Positions 58,790-64,000 of a stretch of DNA of 64,000 bases are shown here, one piece after another. The stretch spans positions 62,001 through 126,000 of the forward strand of contig CBFFRP010000218.1 of NCBI GenBank assembly GCA_965644295.1. Direction: 5' to 3'. The number at the start of each line of letters is the position of its first letter. The stretch's first letter is position 1. Both the position numbers and the translations under genes were made by a program. A model generated the notes under the pieces. The model ran no database searches. It saw nothing but the letters and a program-made list of their open reading frames with translations, and had not been told where the DNA came from. Source of the DNA: Paraphysomonas bandaiensis. Its lineage: Eukaryota > Protista > Chrysophyceae.

Positions 58790-61698
58790 AGTTGAAGTGT
58801 AAACTTCGCTTCCGTAGTTTTCCTATCACATACGCACTACGTATTATGAATGAATGGATAGTATGTCACATGCATGCATATCCATTCATTGTCATCACAC
58901 ATTGACATGTTTACATCAGTTGTCCTTAACATATAATATACCTTTCTCCTCTAAAGTACTTCATACTTTAACTTGGTAGCAGATGGTTACGATAACCAAC
59001 CTATTTATTTGTTTGTTCGCCTCCACATCACTGGTGGAATGACGGCATCAACATATGAAACAAGCCTGTCATCTGTACACAGACGAAATACACAACCTGC
59101 TTCCTTTGAACTCTGCTGTTTCTCGAAAACTCGAAAATCCGGGGGTTTTGGAATCAATTTCCGGAAAATATGTACCTTTTTGTTAAAACTCGGAAAATCG
59201 TTTTTTTAAGAGGATATTTCCGGGTACTATGCATTTTTTTGGGCACTGAAAACGAATCGACAGTCTGTCTGTTCCTTGTTTGAGCTCCTGCAGTGTGTAA
59301 TATATGACTTTAAGGAGATGACAGTGTATACACTAATGCACATGTCCATTCCAGTCAATCTGATTTTGATGACTTGTCTCCACCATGTGTGCTGATTTTG
59401 ACACCTTGAGACGCTTTGTCCGGTGATACACCAGGAGTGGTTAGACTTCACGTTGATGGCTGTGAATATTCTTTCGATGACTACTATTCGCCTTCTCAGG
59501 GAGTCAACCCTGCAGAAAGAGATCACATATGAGCTATATGTCAGCCTCGCACAGCAGTTGTGCTTGAGAGCATGGATTCTCTTCTCTTTATTCAACGAGA
59601 GTAGTTATTTATAAAGAGTTCGACGATGATGATTGCTTTATCTTATCCACAAGGGTTTCACTGTGCACCAGCTTGTACTCCAATATGTGTTCCCAGAGGA
59701 TGTTGCTCTGTTCGTCAGCAGCATATATATATTATATGGATCATTATCTTCGTCTGCTTCTTTCTCTGGTGATGTATCAGATATAATGGTTATACACCAT
59801 TTGTTGCTGCTCTGTTTGGCGTATAATGTATATCGGCTTACAGTAGAGCACTTCAATCAGGACTTATGTCTTTATATTTATCTATATGATGAATTATTGA
59901 GTGCTGATCTCTTCCGTCCAGTATATATTATGGTTGAGAGCAGTATCCCCTCCCAATATTGTGATATCTCAGGACATGTATAGTTATATGGTTCTAGATA
60001 CTACGGATGTTCAATTCATTCAGCATTCTTTTACCTTTCCAAGCACGGGAGCGGATTCATGATGAGTCCGATGATGAACTTGTACAGGAGGAGGATACCG
60101 ACGGGAATGATCCCTCCATACAGTGTCACGAACCCGATGTTATTGTGCATGACGAGAAATCTGTTGGAGCAGCCAACGAGCCAGCTACCTCAGAAATCGC
60201 GTTACAGCCGGCTCCCGATGTGGTCCCTCAGACTGACGGTCGCTCCATCGAAGTCTATTGTTGAAGGAGCTCGTATACCTCCCGACGATGATTCGGTTGA
60301 GAGAACAGTTCTCCTCTCTATATATTATAGTGTTACCTCAGGATATAGTTAATAGTCCTGTTGAGTTCACTTGACGTGTCGACAGACTCCCCGCATAGGG
60401 CACAGCAGTCGGATTCACAGTCATATTATTGCCGCTCATTAGCAGGCATCTTATATTCAAATGGTACAGCCCCTCATTGGTAAGGCAGGCATATCAGTTC
60501 ATTGCCCCCTATACAAGGCAGGCATATCATATATCAGTTTATTGCCCCCTATTTATGGCAGGCATATCATATTTTAGCCCCTTATCATTATAAAAGGCAG
60601 GCATATATATCTCTTTTATTTCCACTAGTATGGAATAGTGCTGGTTTTGTTCCACAGGTAGAACAGCCTCACAATCAGAGTTTTAACTCTGCTGCCCTAT
60701 TATAGAGGCACTGATTATCTTAATCTGCATTGCGCACTTTCATGCGATATATGCAATGATCAGTTCAGCGTTTGTATTTTACCTGGTCCTATAGTCCAGT
60801 GATTTAATATGTTTTATCTGTTCTTTCATTGTTGTCATGTAGACATTCAACAGAAAACATTTCCATATTATGCTGTTCATGATTTTCAAGCATTTCAAGG
60901 TGACAGGTATACAATACTATATTGATTATAATCATTAAGATTCACCTGTTATGCATTATCTATCTTATATTCTGATGTATCATACTTATGATATGAGCAT
61001 TAAAATGGTATCTATGATATTATTCTATATATTTTGTTTGTCTAACCATTTCAGGCAATATTAAAAGCATAATATATTCGATTCAATCCTTCATCTACTG
61101 CGTATGAACTTCGTGTCTTGCTATAGCGTGGATTGATTTGCTTTGAAGTTTGTGTTTGACTTCTTCAGAACTATAGTGGTTCTACGATACGATGACCGTT
61201 GTGTTCATAATATCAGTATATATATATATACATATATTATATATATATACATGTCATTACCTATATATTATATTAGTGGGAGTGTATGACTCGTAGATGG
61301 TATGCCCCATCTGGTCCTCTGCACACACTATATCTTATAGTTATGGTATATATATTCTATTGTTGGATACTTTCCCTTTTGTTTTCCCATGCATCCATCA
61401 TACCATAATGGTTTTCTTTTCGGGTTTTCAGTATCTATTCTATTTTCAGTATCTAGCTTAGTACCTAGTTTTCATGTTGTCCATTACATACGTACGCTTA
61501 GTTTTAGGGGGAGAGTTGAAGTGTAAACTTCGCTTCCGTAGTTTTCCTATCACATACGCACTACGTATTATGAATGAATGGATAGTATGTCACATGCATG
61601 CATATCCATTCATTGTCATCACACATTGACATGTTTACATCAGTTGTCCTTAATATATAATATACCTTTTCTCCTCTAAAGTACTTCATACTTTAACT
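58790..61698 (+). mobile_element. Non-autonomous LTR retrotransposon, 2.9 kb
   Basis: LTRs at 58790-58973 and 61514-61698 differ by 1 substitution and 1 indel, with AGTT..AACT termini. PBS TGGTAGCAGA at 58974; PPT AGGGGGAG at 61506-61513. No intact pol seen. Confidence 0.92.
58974..58993 (+). promoter_or_regulatory. Primer-binding site, tRNA-iMet type
   Basis: TGGTAGCAGATGGTTACGAT directly after the left LTR resembles the complement of the initiator tRNA-Met 3' end. Confidence 0.75.
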
Positions 61699-61994
61699 AA
61701 ATGTTATTATAGTAAATATTACAACAGTATACACTACATTTTTTACAACATTTTTTATTAAAAAAAATATTATTTAACAAAAAAAGTTTGTATATAATAT
61801 ATTTCAAAAAAAAGTGTCAAAAAAAATGCAATCAAAATAAAATAATACTATACATATTAACCCCAGCGATCAACCGACCCTATTAACAAACGATAGACCA
61901 ACCCTGACTTAAACACCGAACAACTACAACAGATAGACGGAACAATAGACCTAACTACCCTATATATAGACATGCCGTGATTTTACTCCCTATT

Positions 61995-62033
61995 TTACAT
62001 ATGTAAGAATATAAAATAATAAAAAAATATATA
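61995..62033 (+). promoter_or_regulatory. Putative viral promoter motif (second copy at 62455-62495)
   Basis: TTACATATGTAA.AATATAAAATAAT.AAAAAAATATATA is repeated upstream of ORFs 62100 and 62509. Confidence 0.55.
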
Positions 62034-62099
62034 AATGCTATTGATAAACTAACGTTTTAAAAACATTATAGAATTATTTTTTTGTAATGAGACATTATA

Positions 62100-62429
62100 A
62101 TGTCAAAGGCCGAAAGTAATAAATTTTTCTTTATGGAAATGGAAGGTAAAATTTTTAGTGTTAAACGTGATCACAAAACAAACGTACAGGACGAAATAGA
62201 ACAAGGCAAAAAGGAAATGAACATTTTAATAGATAAACAGAATAGCATAAAAGAAGAATTATTAAAACTTAACAATAAAATAAGTGATAAAAAAATGTCT
62301 TTGTTAACAAAGAGGCAGCTATTAGAATTATACCGCGGCAAGAGACGCATACCGTGCTTGAATTTATTCAAAAAAAATGTTACCGATGTTTATATTGATG
62401 ATGACACAGACAGCGACGAGGACTATTAA
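62100..62429 (+). CDS. Viral coiled-coil hypothetical protein (paralogue A)
   Basis: 109-aa intronless ORF with ATTATAATG start context; aligns by eye with 62509. Confidence 0.75.
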   Translation: MSKAESNKFFFMEMEGKIFSVKRDHKTNVQDEIEQGKKEMNILIDKQNSIKEELLKLNNKISDKKMSLLTKRQLLELYRGKRRIPCLNLFKKNVTDVYIDDDTDSDEDY

Positions 62430-62508
62430 CAACAATTTAAATTTATTTCAATTATTACATATGTAAAAATATAAAATAATTAAAAAAAATATATAGTTAT
62501 ATATTATA

Positions 62509-62793
62509 ATGAGTGAGTATTTATTAAAGTTGAAAGGTGAAGTATACAGTATTAGAAAAACGCATATGCCTAAAATTCAGGAAGAGATAAGAAATTTAGA
62601 CAGAGAAATAGAAGACATGAAAATTACATTATCAGAACTTCAAAAACAAAAGAAAGAGTTACAAGTAGAGCTATTAAATGAACGGCAATTAATCATATAT
62701 GAAAATAAGGACGAAGATAAAAGGACTGAATTATTAAGAAAATATGATTTTCTACACGGTGAATATCGCAGTGATTCTGTAGGATGGAAATAA
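62509..62793 (+). CDS. Viral coiled-coil hypothetical protein (paralogue B)
   Basis: 94-aa ORF; LKGEVYSIRKTH/IQEEI/LLNERQLI vs MEGKIFSVKRDH/VQDEI/LLTKRQLL. Confidence 0.75.
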   Translation: MSEYLLKLKGEVYSIRKTHMPKIQEEIRNLDREIEDMKITLSELQKQKKELQVELLNERQLIIYENKDEDKRTELLRKYDFLHGEYRSDSVGWK

Positions 62794-62829
62794 AATATTA
62801 TAATAATATAAATATATGCTATTATTATA

Positions 62830-63276
62830 ATGCCACACACAGATATAAAATATTTCATATGTTGTGAAAATGTTGATGATGAAGCAAAAGGTGAATGCGT
62901 GGATGATAACGATATAATATATAAACATCGTGATTGTTCTGACTGCAAAAAGCATAAATTAAGTAAAACAGTTGATGAAGTTCAGGATGTAATACACAGA
63001 CGTTTTAAAAAACGTTTTGATGTCGCTATGTTACATTATCCTTATGAATTTTCTACATTTTTAAATAATTGTTCAGAACAATATATTAACGATAATAATT
63101 TAAAAGAAAGAAAAAACGAAGTTATTACCAAAGATGGCCGTTATTTATGGGATAAACTCTTAAATGCAATTGAATACATCATAGAAAACGACGGAAATAA
63201 AAGAAAAATGAAAACAAAAAAATGGAAATATTCATTAAATGTTGTTGACAAACTAATGGATGATGATGATGATTGA
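62830..63276 (+). CDS. Viral hypothetical protein with Cys-rich N-terminus
   Basis: 148-aa ORF with ATTATAATG start and CC...C...CSDC. Confidence 0.75.
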   Translation: MPHTDIKYFICCENVDDEAKGECVDDNDIIYKHRDCSDCKKHKLSKTVDEVQDVIHRRFKKRFDVAMLHYPYEFSTFLNNCSEQYINDNNLKERKNEVITKDGRYLWDKLLNAIEYIIENDGNKRKMKTKKWKYSLNVVDKLMDDDDD

Positions 63277-63294
63277 TAAACTGATAAGGTAAAT

Positions 63295-63337
63295 TAAGGG
63301 ATAAAAACGCGATAATTGTTCGCGAAATTATCCCTTA
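63295..63337 (+). terminator. Hairpin downstream of a viral ORF (second copy at 63458-63500)
   Basis: TAAGGGATAA-AAA-CGCGA-TAATTGT-TCGCG-AAA-TTATCCCTTA. The terminator/polyadenylation role is inferred. Confidence 0.45.
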
Positions 63338-63540
63338 GATGTAAAATATATAAATATATTATGTGATATACTTATATATGGTGAATATCGCAGTGATTCT
63401 GTAGGATGGAAATAAAATATTATAAAAAAATGCAATTGATAAACTGATAAGGTAAATTAAGGGATAAAAATGCGATAATTGTTCGCGAAATTATCCCTTA
63501 GATGTAAAATATATAAATATATTATGTGATATACTTATAT

Positions 63541-63756
63541 ATGGACGGCCTAGAATGGGAAATAGACTATGATAATTATGAATTTCCAAAGAAAAATGTT
63601 ATAGACTTAGACAAAGTAATTAACTTAGACACACCAAAATTAAACAGAAATAATAATATAGATACAGTCATGTTGACTTATGATTTTGCAAATATAAATA
63701 TATCTGATAATGTTAATGGAGAAAATACAGATTGTTCTAAACAGCAAGACAGCTAA
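63541..63756 (+). CDS. Short acidic viral hypothetical protein
   Basis: ATG at 63541 (MDGLEWEIDYDNYEF...); overlaps the next ORF by 41 nt. Confidence 0.45.
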   Translation: MDGLEWEIDYDNYEFPKKNVIDLDKVINLDTPKLNRNNNIDTVMLTYDFANINISDNVNGENTDCSKQQDS

Positions 63757-64000
63757 TCAATACCTAAATAATAAAACTACTGATTGTATTTTTATATTAC
63801 CGAAGATAGACGTTAAACGACGTCATAAAGCCTATATATCAGTAATTGATGCCTCTATCCCATATTCATTTTATAATGTTAATTCAACCAATAACACACT
63901 GAATTATACATTAAATAGTATTCCATATTCACTTACAATTACAAAAGCCAATTATAATATTAGAACTTTAATAAGTTATTTACAGTCCAATTTAGAGCCA
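63716..64000 (+). CDS. Minor capsid (penton)-like protein of Polinton-like viruses, 5' part
   Basis: Manual translation open to the window edge: MEKIQIVLNSKTANQYLNNKTTDCIFILPKIDVKRRHKAYISVIDASIPYSFYNVNSTNNTLNYTLNSIPYSLTITKANYNIRTLISYLQSNLEP. The A.IPYSFYN(I/V)N..NN and TI...NYN motifs match my recollection of PLV minor capsid proteins. Confidence 0.7.
   Translation, partial: MEKIQIVLNSKTANQYLNNKTTDCIFILPKIDVKRRHKAYISVIDASIPYSFYNVNSTNNTLNYTLNSIPYSLTITKANYNIRTLISYLQSNLEP

Larger units (their letters stand above)
57600..64000 (+). mobile_element. Endogenous Polinton-like virus / Maverick-related viral element (left part; continues past the window)
   Basis: Abrupt switch to very AT-rich, intronless, tightly packed co-directional ORFs, including GIY-YIG nucleases, a minor-capsid-like ORF and a shared upstream motif. 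Confidence 0.75.

Noticed and set aside
59227-60705. Short ORFs inside the LTR element as gag/pol
   Set aside because: No CCHC knuckle, protease, RT (YxDD) or integrase motifs seen; frames are broken.

Overview
Intron-rich eukaryotic nuclear DNA, probably from a stramenopile alga or protist (inferred from gene style). Host genes, many in head-to-head pairs: an F-box plus CPW-type ankyrin-like repeat protein (minus strand, missed by the ORF track), two unknown multi-exon genes, a secreted lectin/HYR-like protein, a small RxxxxH (HEPN-like) protein, a Myb fragment, a very long CENP-E/kinesin-7 with an 8x135-bp stalk expansion, CD2BP2/U5-52K, Tudor-SN (SND1), an acidic/Lys-rich protein and a possible glycosyltransferase. 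Two features stand out. (1) An ankyrin gene at 44.4-49.3 kb is built from 17 tandem 99-nt phase-0 exons, each encoding exactly one 33-aa repeat, with variation concentrated near the binding-surface positions. (2) From about 57.6 kb to the window end lies an AT-rich, intronless endogenous Polinton-like-virus-type region (GIY-YIG pair, minor-capsid-like ORF, shared promoter motif, hairpins). It has been invaded by a young 2.9-kb non-autonomous LTR retrotransposon and is preceded by an hAT-like element with a nested SINE-like copy and an adjacent MITE candidate. A ~500-bp dispersed retroposon-like family with 12-13-bp TSDs occurs at least 7 times. All calls come from manual reading; no searches were run, and exon boundaries of the unknown genes are approximate.
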